Source: Anaerolineales bacterium
GTDB taxonomy: Bacteria > Chloroflexota > Anaerolineae > Anaerolineales > UBA11579
NCBI GenBank assembly: GCA_026129305.1
Contig: JAHCII010000010.1
Coordinates: forward strand, 7,277 to 71,276
Length of the DNA stretch: 64,000 nucleotides
Reading direction: 5' to 3'
Under the pieces are notes generated by a model. That model worked only from the letters and a program-made list of their open reading frames with translations. It searched no databases and was not told the DNA's origin. This document shows, piece by piece, positions 17,429 to 26,800 of this stretch (the first letter of the stretch is position 1; each line of letters opens with the position of its first letter). The translations under genes were made by a program, and so were the position numbers.

Positions 17429-19900
17429 TTACGGCGTCGAATACAGATCTCTATAGATGTTGTAGAGCTCGTAAATGCTGCGGATGTGGTTGTGCGTCTC
17501 CGCAAAAGTGATCACCTCTAAATACAGGTCGGGGTCATCCTCATCCAGCAAGCCCTGCCAATACGAGGCGTTGCCCGGGCCGGCATTGTAGGCCGCCAGG
17601 GCCGCGTACATATCGCCCTCGTAGCCATTGGTCTGGATCGCCAGATAATGCGCTCCCAACGGAATGCTGACATAGGGCCGGTAGAGGTCATCGTACTCAA
17701 AGTTCGGCGGCCAATTGGTCAGGCCCACCAAGTAGTCCGCCGTGGCGGGGATGATCTGCATCAGCCCATACGCGCCCGCCGAAGAGGTGACAAAGCCCTC
17801 AAATAGGCTCTCCTGGCGCATCATACTGTAGAAGAACAGCGGGTCCAAGCCCTCTTTGGCGGTTTCCGCCAGCACCAGGTCTTTGTAATAGGCGCCAAAG
17901 CGCAGGCGGTTGAAGTAAACCGGCGCGCTGGTCAGCGTGGCCGCGTCGCTCATGCTCTGCATATTCAGCACTTCCCGGGCGGCGAAGATGCCGGTGCGGT
18001 ACAGCCCCAGGTCGATCAGGTAATTGGCCAGCCGGTAGGAATTGGCCGCGTCGGTGGTCAGGTTCTGGCGCAGGCTTTCGAACTGGGCGCGGGCCAACTC
18101 GTACTCGCCCAGCTTCCACAGCTCCGTGCCGCGCTGGAAGCGCGGGTCGCTCAGCAGCGGGCCGGGCACGCTGAGGTCGGTGTCCGCCGGCAGGACGAAG
18201 GCCGTGCGCAGCCAGGCTTCGGCCTCACGCCGCTCGGCTTCCACATCGTAGTCGAAAGAGAAATTGGCCGGCGGCTGGAACGGCGCCCGGCCGGCCAGCA
18301 GGTCTGCGGAGCGCTCGCTGTAATAGCCGGTCGGGTCAGCTGCCGCCGCCCGGGTCCAGGCACTGCGCGCCCCGTCTTCGTCATCCTGGGCCTGCAAGGC
18401 CTTGCCAAACCAGAACTGCGACTGGGCTTCTTCTTCCAGGCTCAGCGCGGACTGGAAGGCGCGCAGGAACAGGCCCTGCGCCTCGACAAAGTTGCCCAGG
18501 CGATAGGCGCTGATGCCGGCCCGGTAAATGGCGTTATAGGCATGGCTGGAGGAAGGGTATTCGTTGGCCACCCGCGGCCAGATCTCCACAGAGCGCGTCA
18601 GGCGGCCACCGTTCTGGGCGATCTGCCCGGCCAGGAACAAGAACTCCGCCGAAGCCGGCTGGCTGGGCGTGCGCGCCACGAAGGTCAGCAGCGTCTCGAT
18701 CGCCCCGTCATAGTCCTGCTGGCACAGCCACTGCGTGCGCGCCTTCTGGCGATAAGCATCCACCCAATTGGCGGCATAGGCATAGTCGTTGATCAGGCGG
18801 TCCCAGGCTTGCAAAGCCGCCGGGTAATCGCCCATGGCGCGCAGCGACAGGGCGCGGTAGTAGGCGGCTGAGTCGTCGGTCGTGTCTGGGTTGGCCTGCA
18901 AATAGCGGTCAAAGGCGGCGATCGCCAGGATGTACAGCTCCACCGCCGCCTGCGAGCTGGCTCCGCAGGTGGCCGCCTGTGTGGTCACCGCCGCGTGGTA
19001 ATTCACCAGGCCGCGCTGGAACTCGCTCACCGGCTGGCCGGCGTTGACCAGTTCCACCAGCGCCGCGTGGCTGGAGAAGGCCAGCGGATAGCTGTTGACC
19101 GCGTGCTGAAAGCGCTCGTAGGCCGTAGCCGTGTCGCCCAGGTCGCGATAAGCCCGGCCGATCAGCAGGTCCAGGTCCGCCCGCAGGTAATCATTGCCGG
19201 TCGCCTCGAAGACCGCCTGGTAGCTGACGATGGCGGCCGCCCTGTCGCCGGCGGTCAGCTGCATATTGCCGATCTTGACCTGCAGGTTCAGCGGGTCGCC
19301 CAGCCGCGGGCTGTCCGCTGCCAGCTGGTAGGCCTCGATCGCCGCTGGGTAATTGGCCGCCTGGTAGAACAGGTCGCCGCGGCGTTCATGTACATAGGAG
19401 TCAAGCAGCCCGGGGCTGGCGTCCAGATATTGTTGGTAGGCTTCAGCCGCCGCCAGTGGGTTGTTCAGGTCCTGATACACCTGGCCCAGGGCGTAATAGG
19501 CCCGCGCCGCCGCAGGCGTGTCGGCATACTCGAGCGAGAGGGCTTGCAGCGCATCGCGGGCGCGGGTGAACTCGCCGCGCTGGCGGTAGACGCGGGCCAT
19601 GCCCAAGCGCGCCGCCGCCTGCCACTCGGGGTCTTCGCTCTCGCGGAAGGCGCGTTCGTATTCGGCCAGCGCGCCTTCCCAGTCGCCGAAGAAGTACAGC
19701 TGGTCGGCGGCTTCAATGCGCGCTTCAAGAGTGAGTGTGGGCGCCGGGGTCAGCGGCGGCGGAGTGGCGCTGGGTTCCTGGGGTGGGTTGCTGGCCAGGG
19801 TGGAAGTGGGCAGCGAGGGGTCCAATACCCGTTGCAGGTTGCAAGCTGCGCCGGCAAGCGCCAGCGCGGCCAGCCCCAGCAGCCAGGCATTGCGCTTCAT
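17429..19900 (-). CDS. TPR-repeat lipoprotein with C-terminal lytic transglycosylase (SLT) domain
   Basis: The SLT motif is MMRQESLFEGF..SSAGAYGLMQI, preceded by many TPRs. Start reassigned to MKRNAWLLG (lipobox LAGAAC), because a consensus promoter occupies the 36 nt upstream that the track ORF includes. Confidence 0.85.
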   Translation of the reverse strand: MKRNAWLLGLAALALAGAACNLQRVLDPSLPTSTLASNPPQEPSATPPPLTPAPTLTLEARIEAADQLYFFGDWEGALAEYERAFRESEDPEWQAAARLGMARVYRQRGEFTRARDALQALSLEYADTPAAARAYYALGQVYQDLNNPLAAAEAYQQYLDASPGLLDSYVHERRGDLFYQAANYPAAIEAYQLAADSPRLGDPLNLQVKIGNMQLTAGDRAAAIVSYQAVFEATGNDYLRADLDLLIGRAYRDLGDTATAYERFQHAVNSYPLAFSSHAALVELVNAGQPVSEFQRGLVNYHAAVTTQAATCGASSQAAVELYILAIAAFDRYLQANPDTTDDSAAYYRALSLRAMGDYPAALQAWDRLINDYAYAANWVDAYRQKARTQWLCQQDYDGAIETLLTFVARTPSQPASAEFLFLAGQIAQNGGRLTRSVEIWPRVANEYPSSSHAYNAIYRAGISAYRLGNFVEAQGLFLRAFQSALSLEEEAQSQFWFGKALQAQDDEDGARSAWTRAAAADPTGYYSERSADLLAGRAPFQPPANFSFDYDVEAERREAEAWLRTAFVLPADTDLSVPGPLLSDPRFQRGTELWKLGEYELARAQFESLRQNLTTDAANSYRLANYLIDLGLYRTGIFAAREVLNMQSMSDAATLTSAPVYFNRLRFGAYYKDLVLAETAKEGLDPLFFYSMMRQESLFEGFVTSSAGAYGLMQIIPATADYLVGLTNWPPNFEYDDLYRPYVSIPLGAHYLAIQTNGYEGDMYAALAAYNAGPGNASYWQGLLDEDDPDLYLEVITFAETHNHIRSIYELYNIYRDLYSTP

Positions 19901-19907
19901 GCGCAGG

Positions 19908-19936
19908 ACTATACCTTGCGCAAAATGGGGTGTCAA
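19908..19936 (-). promoter_or_regulatory. consensus sigma70 promoter; leaderless start of the TPR-SLT gene
   Basis: Minus strand reads TTGACA, 17-nt spacer, TATAGT, 7 nt, ATG (19900). Confidence 0.65.
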
Positions 19937-19995
19937 TGCAAACTAGAAGCGCAGCTTATCCAAGCCTAATCCTGCCCAAGAACGGGGACACACCC

Positions 19996-20688
19996 ATGAG
20001 CACACCTTACCGCATTGCCGACCTGCCCACCGCCGAACGACCGCGCGAGCGCCTGCGCCAGCAGGGCGCCCGCTCACTGAGCACGGCTGAACTGCTGGCC
20101 GTGCTGCTGCGCACCGGCGTGCCGGGCGAGAGCGCCGTGCGCCTGGGCGAGCGGCTGCTGGGCCACTTTGGCGGCCTGGCCGGCCTGCAGCGCGCCGACT
20201 TTGACGACGTCAAGAAACAGCACGGCCTGGGCGAAGCCAAGGCGGCCACGCTCAAGGCGGCCATCGAACTGGGCCGCCGCCTGGCCGTGCAAGAGCCGGG
20301 CGAACGCCCCGCCATCGCCAGCCCGGCGGACGCCGCCGCCCTGGTGCAGTACGAGATGGCCGGGCTGGAGCAGGAGCACCTGCGCGCCATCCTGCTGGAC
20401 ACGCGCAACAAGGTCATCGCCATCGAAGAAATCTCGCAGGGCACGCTGAACTCGGCGCAAGTACGCATCGCCGAGCTGTTCAAAGCCGCCATCCGGCGCA
20501 ACGCCGCGGCGTTGATCCTGGTGCACAACCACCCCAGCGGCGACCCCACGCCCAGCGCCGACGACATCGCCCTAACCCGCCAGGTGCGCGAAGCCGGCCG
20601 CCTGCTGGAGATCGAAGTGCTCGACCATCTGATCATCGGCCAGGGGCGCTATGTGTCCTTGAAGGAGCAGAAGTTAGGGTTTGGGTAG
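19996..20688 (+). CDS. radC: RadC-family JAB/MPN domain protein
   Basis: 230 aa from MSTPYRI. HhH region LSTAELLAVLLRTG. JAMM motif LILVHNHPSGDPTPSADD. Confidence 0.9.
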   Translation: MSTPYRIADLPTAERPRERLRQQGARSLSTAELLAVLLRTGVPGESAVRLGERLLGHFGGLAGLQRADFDDVKKQHGLGEAKAATLKAAIELGRRLAVQEPGERPAIASPADAAALVQYEMAGLEQEHLRAILLDTRNKVIAIEEISQGTLNSAQVRIAELFKAAIRRNAAALILVHNHPSGDPTPSADDIALTRQVREAGRLLEIEVLDHLIIGQGRYVSLKEQKLGFG

Positions 20689-20712
20689 GGGCGGTTTGCA
20701 AACCGCCCCTAC
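20685..20712. repeat. REP palindrome (perfect 28 bp)
   Basis: GTAGGGGCGGTTTGCAAACCGCCCCTAC. Its left arm supplies the radC TAG stop codon. Confidence 0.85.
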
Positions 20713-20749
20713 GCGATGCCCAACTGCAGCGCTGAAAAGGACAGGCAAC

Positions 20750-21256
20750 ATGCCGCCACGACAACGCCGTTCCATCCGTCTGCCGGAATATGATTACAGT
20801 CAACCTGGCGCATATTTTGTAACCATTTGTGTCGAAGGCAAGGAGCATCGCCTGGGGACAATAGACGGGGATGACATGCATTGCAATGCATTGGGATTGA
20901 TTGTCTCGCAGGGCTGGGGTTGGTTGCCGGAGCGTTTCCCATTGATCAGCGTTCCCGTGTTTTGCATAATGCCCAACCACGCTCATGCCATTATCACCAT
21001 AAGTAGGGGCGCTTTGCAAAGCGCCCCTACCACTGCCACAACCGCCCCTCTCCGGCCAAAGCCCCTTGGCCGAATTGTGGGCGCATACAAAACCCACACC
21101 ACCGTGCAAATAAACGCCGCCGAAAACACAGCCGGACTGCGTTTCTGGCAGCGCAATTATTATGAGCGCATCATTCGCAACGAACGAGAATACGAGGCTG
21201 TTTACGCGTACATCCAGGCCAATCCAATCAATTGGGAACAGGATGAATATAGATAG
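20750..21256 (+). CDS. REP-associated tyrosine transposase (RAYT) / IS200-like Y1 HUH transposase
   Basis: 168 aa from MPPRQRRSIRLPEYDY. YFVTICV strand, HUH motif MPNHAHAII, catalytic-Tyr region FWQRNYYERIIRNEREY. REPs lie upstream, inside and downstream. Confidence 0.85.
   Translation: MPPRQRRSIRLPEYDYSQPGAYFVTICVEGKEHRLGTIDGDDMHCNALGLIVSQGWGWLPERFPLISVPVFCIMPNHAHAIITISRGALQSAPTTATTAPLRPKPLGRIVGAYKTHTTVQINAAENTAGLRFWQRNYYERIIRNEREYEAVYAYIQANPINWEQDEYR
21003..21030. repeat. REP palindrome inside the RAYT reading frame
   Basis: GTAGGGGCGCTTTGCAAAGCGCCCCTAC, translated in frame as SRGALQSAPT. An extra half-site AACCGCCCCT lies at about 21040-21050. Confidence 0.85.
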
Positions 21257-21261
21257 CCAAT

Positions 21262-21289
21262 GTAGGAGCGGCTTGCAAGCCGCCCCTAC
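21262..21289. repeat. REP palindrome (one arm mismatch)
   Basis: GTAGGAGCGGCTTGCAAGCCGCCCCTAC, 5 nt after the RAYT stop. Confidence 0.8.
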
Positions 21290-21303
21290 CACGCGGGCCG
21301 TTA

Positions 21304-21309
21304 TATAAT
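21304..21309 (+). promoter_or_regulatory. -10 box (TATAAT) 6 nt upstream of the hsdM ATG
   Basis: TATAAT-cctgtc-ATG, with no Shine-Dalgarno sequence. Confidence 0.5.
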
Positions 21310-21315
21310 CCTGTC

Positions 21316-22800
21316 ATGTCCTTCAACGAAATCAAGCCGCAGATTGACCGTATTTGGGATGTATTTTGGACGGGGGGCATTTCGAATCCCATGGAGGTCA
21401 TCGAGCAGATCACCTACCTGCTCTTCATTCGCCGGCTGGATGAAATAGAAACGCTGGAAGAAGCCAAGGCAAACCGGCTCAAACAGAAGTTTGAAGGCGC
21501 CTTATTCCCTAAGGACAAACAAAAACTGCGCTGGTCGCAGTTCCGCAACCTGGCGGCTGGCGAGATGTACAAAGTGATTGCCGACGAGATCTTCCCCTTC
21601 ATCCGCACCCTGAGCAATGGCGACTACGCCGTACACATGCGCGATGCGCGCTTCACCTTGCCGCCAGAAAAAGCGGGACTGCTCACCAAAGTGGTCGAAA
21701 TGATCGACAAGGTCCCCATGAAAGACCGTGACACCAAGGGCGACCTTTACGAATACCTGCTCAGCAAACTGACCACCTCAGGCCAAAACGGACAGTTTCG
21801 CACACCGCGGCATATCATCAAGATGATGGTCGAACTGGTGGCCCCGACCCCCGAAGACACCATCTGCGATCCGGCCTGCGGCACCGGCGGCTTTCTGGTG
21901 GCCGCTGCTGAATACCTGGAGGAACGCAACCCCGAAATTTTCCAGAACGCCGGCCTGCGCGAGCGCTTCCGCGGCGACATGTTCCACGGTTTCGACTTCG
22001 ACAGCACCATGCTGCGCATCGCCACCATGAACCTGCTGCTACACGGCATCGAAGACCCGGTGATACGAAACCAGGACAGCTTGTCTGAAGACGCCATGGC
22101 CAACGCGGGAAAGTACACAGTCGTCCTGGCCAATCCGCCCTTCACCGGCTCACTCGACCTTGACAGCACCTCCAAAAAACTGCAGCAAGTGGTCAAAACA
22201 AAAAAGACCGAGCTGCTTTTCCTGGCCCTTTTCCTGGAATACCTCAAGCCCGGCGGGCGAGCGGCGGTGATTGTTCCGGAAGGGGTGCTCTTTGGGTCCT
22301 CTAAAGCACACAGAGCGATCCGCCAAACACTGGTCGAAGATCACCAGTTACAGGCGGTGATTTCGATGCCCTCTGGCGTATTTAAACCCTATGCCGGAGT
22401 GAGCACTGCGGTGTTGGTCTTCACCAAGACCGGCGCGGGCGGCACCGACAAGGTCTGGTTCTATCAAATGGAAGCGGATGGTTTCAGCTTGGATGACAAG
22501 CGCACGGAATTGACGCAAAGTCACGAAAACAACAATATTCCAGACATTTTGGCAAGATGGAATAACATGTCCGGCGAACTTAGTCGAACCCCAAAGGATC
22601 AATCTTTTTGGGTGAAAAAGGAAGAGCTGGCTGGAAATCATTACGACTTAAGCCCCAGTCGATACCGTCAAATACCCCCCCAGAAATTTCATCTTGATCC
22701 GCCAGGAAAAATTTTAGAGAACTTAGGTGAACTGGAAAGTCAAATTCAAGCCGAATTCTCCAAGTTAAGAGAATTGACAAAATGGCTCGACAAAGAATAA
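21316..22800 (+). CDS. hsdM: type I restriction-modification system, methyltransferase subunit
   Basis: 494-aa ORF with an HsdM N-terminal domain, SAM motif DPACGTGGFL and catalytic NPPF (VLANPPFTGS). Confidence 0.95.
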   Translation: MSFNEIKPQIDRIWDVFWTGGISNPMEVIEQITYLLFIRRLDEIETLEEAKANRLKQKFEGALFPKDKQKLRWSQFRNLAAGEMYKVIADEIFPFIRTLSNGDYAVHMRDARFTLPPEKAGLLTKVVEMIDKVPMKDRDTKGDLYEYLLSKLTTSGQNGQFRTPRHIIKMMVELVAPTPEDTICDPACGTGGFLVAAAEYLEERNPEIFQNAGLRERFRGDMFHGFDFDSTMLRIATMNLLLHGIEDPVIRNQDSLSEDAMANAGKYTVVLANPPFTGSLDLDSTSKKLQQVVKTKKTELLFLALFLEYLKPGGRAAVIVPEGVLFGSSKAHRAIRQTLVEDHQLQAVISMPSGVFKPYAGVSTAVLVFTKTGAGGTDKVWFYQMEADGFSLDDKRTELTQSHENNNIPDILARWNNMSGELSRTPKDQSFWVKKEELAGNHYDLSPSRYRQIPPQKFHLDPPGKILENLGELESQIQAEFSKLRELTKWLDKE

Positions 22801-23891
22801 AACTTGGTGAGGTCGCAGAGATTATCTCTGGCTCAACACCAAGCAGAGCAGTACCTGAATACTGGGGAGGTGAAATTGCTTGGATTACCCCCAAAGAACT
22901 ATCGAATCTTCCATCTCGATACATTGATCGGACCCGGGAAACAATTTCTGACCTGGGTCTAAATAGCTGTTCTGCTAAAATTCTTCCTGTCAATTCTGTT
23001 CTATTTAGTTCACGAGCTCCAATTGGTCATGTTGCCATCACAAAGATTCCATTGGCAACGAATCAGGGTTTTAAAAGCTTTATACCTAACCAAGCAAAAC
23101 TGGATAGTGATTATTTGTATTACTACCTAAATTATAGGAAAGAAACCTTACAGGCAATGGGGAGGGGGGCAACATTCAAAGAACTGTCAAAAGAACTTGT
23201 TCAGAACATCGAAATCCCACTTCCGGCCCTCGCCGAGCAGCGCCGCATCGCAGCCATTCTTGACAAGGTGGATGAATTGCGCGCCAAACGGCAGCAGACG
23301 CTAAGGCTGCTGGATGACCTAGCGCAGAGCGTGTTCTTCAAGATGTTTGGTGACCTAGCGGGGAATGACAAAAAGTGGCATGCAATGGGACTGGGAGAAG
23401 TTGTAGAGTTCTTAGACAATGAACGCATTCCTGTAAAGCACAGCGAGCGTGTCCCCGGCCCTTATCCATATTACGGTGCAAATGGACAACAAGGAACCAT
23501 CGACGGCTACATTTTCGACGAGCCACTGATACTTTTGGCTGAGGATGGCGGGCACTTTGGCTCTAAATCCAGAAAGATTGCATATGCGATCAAGGGTAAA
23601 TCTTGGGTAAACAATCACGCGCATGTATTACGCCCTAAGCCCATGGTAAACCTGCGTTATTTACTAGCTGTTCTTGAGAAGTATGATGTCACGAGATTTG
23701 TTACTGGTAGCACACGAGGCAAGCTAACTAAATCTGCTGCTTCAAAGATTCCAATAATAATGCCCCCTATTGAGAAGCAAAACTACTTCAGCAACTATAT
23801 GGAGAGTTTCGATAGCTTGCGAGCCAAATTTCTCGCCTCTGCTGGGCACCTTGATGACTTAATGCAATCGCTTTTAGCTAGTCATTTTTGA
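22782..23891 (+). CDS. hsdS: type I restriction-modification system, specificity subunit
   Basis: 369-aa ORF with two target-recognition domains separated by the conserved helix LPALAEQRRIAAILDKVDELRAKR. The second conserved helix is PPIEKQNYF. 19-nt overlap with hsdM. Lowest GC of the window. Confidence 0.9.
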   Translation: MARQRIKLGEVAEIISGSTPSRAVPEYWGGEIAWITPKELSNLPSRYIDRTRETISDLGLNSCSAKILPVNSVLFSSRAPIGHVAITKIPLATNQGFKSFIPNQAKLDSDYLYYYLNYRKETLQAMGRGATFKELSKELVQNIEIPLPALAEQRRIAAILDKVDELRAKRQQTLRLLDDLAQSVFFKMFGDLAGNDKKWHAMGLGEVVEFLDNERIPVKHSERVPGPYPYYGANGQQGTIDGYIFDEPLILLAEDGGHFGSKSRKIAYAIKGKSWVNNHAHVLRPKPMVNLRYLLAVLEKYDVTRFVTGSTRGKLTKSAASKIPIIMPPIEKQNYFSNYMESFDSLRAKFLASAGHLDDLMQSLLASHF

Positions 23892-23892
23892 T

Positions 23893-26800
23893 ATGACCAA
23901 CTTTGTCTTCCTCCAGGCTGAGTGGCCCAAAGTGCACGCCGAGGCCCAGCAGGCAGAACGCTATGCGCTCAGCGACCCGCGGGCGGCCTGCCTCTATGCC
24001 CGCCGCGCCCTGGAGCAGGCGGTGGCCTGGCTGTACCAGCACGACTGGCGCTTCGTAGACCCCTACGACGACAGCCTGATGACTCTGATCACCACGCCCC
24101 AGTTTGAGCAGCATGTTCCTGCGCCGGTCAAAGCGAAGGCGCACATCCTACGCAAGCTCACCAACAAGGCGGTCCATGGCGCGCCTAAAGTCAGCAGCCA
24201 GCAATCCCTCGGCGCGCTGCGCGAGCTTTTCCATATCCTTTATTGGCTGGCCAGCAGCTACACCAGCGACGACCCGGCGGGCATCCCCCAGAAGTTCGAC
24301 GAAGCGCTGCTGCCCTCTCCCGAAAAAGAAGCTCAGAGCAGCCGCAAAGAGCTGCAGCAGCTCACCCTCAAACTCCAGGCCCAGGACGAGCAGCTGCGCC
24401 AGCAGCAGGAAGCCATCCAGGGCTACCAGCTGCAGATGGAAGAGCTGCAAACCAAATACACCGCCAACCGCGAAACCAACAGCCACATCCCCATCGACCA
24501 CGACTACAGCGAGGCGCAAACCCGTGAGCTGATCATTGACTTGCTGCTGCGCGAGGCGGGCTGGGACCCAACGGCGAAGGACGCCGTGGAATACCCGGTA
24601 GTGGGCATGCCCAACCCCGACGGCCGGGGCAAAGTGGACTATGTACTCTGGGGGCCAAATGGCCTGCCGCTGGCCTTGGTGGAGGCCAAGCGCACTTCCA
24701 AAGACGCCCGCGCCGGCAAGCAGCAGGCAAAGCTCTACGCCGACTGCCTGGAACAAATGCACGGCCAGCGGCCGCTCATCTTCTACACCAATGGCTACCA
24801 AATCTGGCTCTGGGATGACCAGCGCTATCCCGAACGTCAGGTGCAGGGTTTCTACACGCAGAACCAGCTGGAGCTGCTCATCCAGCGCCGCGAAACGCTT
24901 AAGGGATTGGATACAGTCGGCACCAACAAAGACATCGCCGGCCGTCCCTATCAGGAAATGGCCATCCGCGCCGTCACCGCCCATCTTAGCCAAAGCTTCC
25001 GCAAAGGGCTGCTGGTGATGGCCACGGGCAGCGGAAAGACTCGCGTGGCCATCGCATTGGTGGATGTGCTCATGCGGGCCAATTGGGTGAAGAACGTGCT
25101 CTTCCTGGCAGACCGGCAAGCGCTGGTCAACCAGGCGGACACTGCCTTCAGCAAGTTCGCGCCCTCAGTGGTCAACCTACTTAAAGCGGACGACAAGCTA
25201 CTGGAGGGGCAGGAAAGCCGGGTGGTGGTTTCCACCTACCACACCATGATGAACCTGATAGACAAGATGGATGCCGAAGGTACGCGCTCTCTCGGCCCCG
25301 GCCATTTCGACCTGGTCATCGTGGACGAAGCGCACCGCTCGGTTTACCAAAAGTTCGGCGCCATCTTCGCCTACTTCGACGGTATGCTCATCGGCCTCAC
25401 CGCCACGCCAAAAGAGGAAATCGACCGCAACACCTACCGCCTGTTCGATCTCCCCGATGGTGTGCCCACCTTCAGCTACGATTTGGAGCAAGCCGTCAAC
25501 GAAGGCTATCTGGTGCCCTACCGCGCTTTCGATGTAAAGCTCCACTTCCCGCAGGAAGGCATTGTCTACGACCAGCTCTCTGACGAGGAGAAGCTGGAAT
25601 GGGAACTGCTCGATTGGGGCGAAGAACACCAAGTTCCGCAGAGGGTCTCGCCAGCAGCGGTGAACGCCTGGCTGTTTAACCGCGACACAGTAGACAAAGC
25701 GTTGGAAATACTGATGCGCGACGGTATCCATGTGGCCGGCGGCGACCGCCTGGGTAAAACCATCATCTTCGCCAAAAACCACCAGCATGCCTTGTTCATT
25801 GAAGAACGCTTCAATGCCAACTATCCGCATTTGGCGGGCAAGTTTGCGCGGGTCATCGACACGTACGACAGCTATGCCCACTCTTTGATAGATGTATTTG
25901 AGGAGCCGGATAAACCTCCGCATATAGCCATTTCAGTGGACATGCTGGACACCGGCATTGATATTCCCGATGTGGTCAACCTGGTCTTCTTCAAAGCAGT
26001 ACACTCAAAGACAAAGTTCTGGCAAATGATCGGCCGCGGCACACGCCTGCGAGAGGATTTATTCGGCCCAGGCCAGGATAAAACTGAGTTTTATGTCTTC
26101 GATGTCTGCCGCAATTTCGAATTCTTTTCGCTCAACCCCGAAGGCTCGCGGCCCAGCGCAAGCGAACCGCTTGGCCAGCGTCTGTTCAAGCTGCGCGTTG
26201 AACTTTTGGGAAAATACGCCGAAGCGGCCATCAGCAAACCCAAAGAAAGCACTCAATTCCCCAAACTTGCAGAAGCGCTAAAAGATTTGCTTCACGGACA
26301 AGTGGCGGCGATGAATGTGAGCAACTTCATTGTGCGCCCCAAAAGGCGCTGGGTGGACAAATTCAGCAACCGCGAGCGCTGGGGCACATTGACCCAGGGG
26401 GATTTGTCTGACCTGTCCTTGGAATTGGCCGGCTTGCCGGCAGAAATAGAGGAAGACCCAGAGGAAGCCAAACGCTTCGACAGTCTGATGCTGCAATTGC
26501 AGCTGGCTTACCTGGATAGCGCACCAAAATTCACCACACTGCGCAATGCCGTGATTGAGGTGGCTGAGAAGCTGGCCAGGGTCAACGTACCGCATGTGCA
26601 GGAGCATCGCTCGCTTTTGGACGCGCTGCAGGTTGAGGAGACTTGGTCCAGCCTCACAGCCGACAGGCTGGAAAGCATCCGCCTTGCCCTGAGAGACTTG
26701 GTCCCTTTCCTGGAGCACGGCTCCCGGCAGATTCTCTACACGGATTTCGGTGACAAGCTGGCCGGAGTACAGGAAGTCCCCAGCCAATACGGTACAGCCG

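Noticed and set aside
20633-21292. 219-aa minus-strand ORF and small ORFs (21228-21413 minus, 27292-27474 plus) that encode GGLQTAPT-like peptides
   Set aside because: These are artefacts of the REP palindromes, which read as similar peptides on both strands. The 219-aa ORF is antisense to the RAYT gene, which has the HUH and Tyr motifs.
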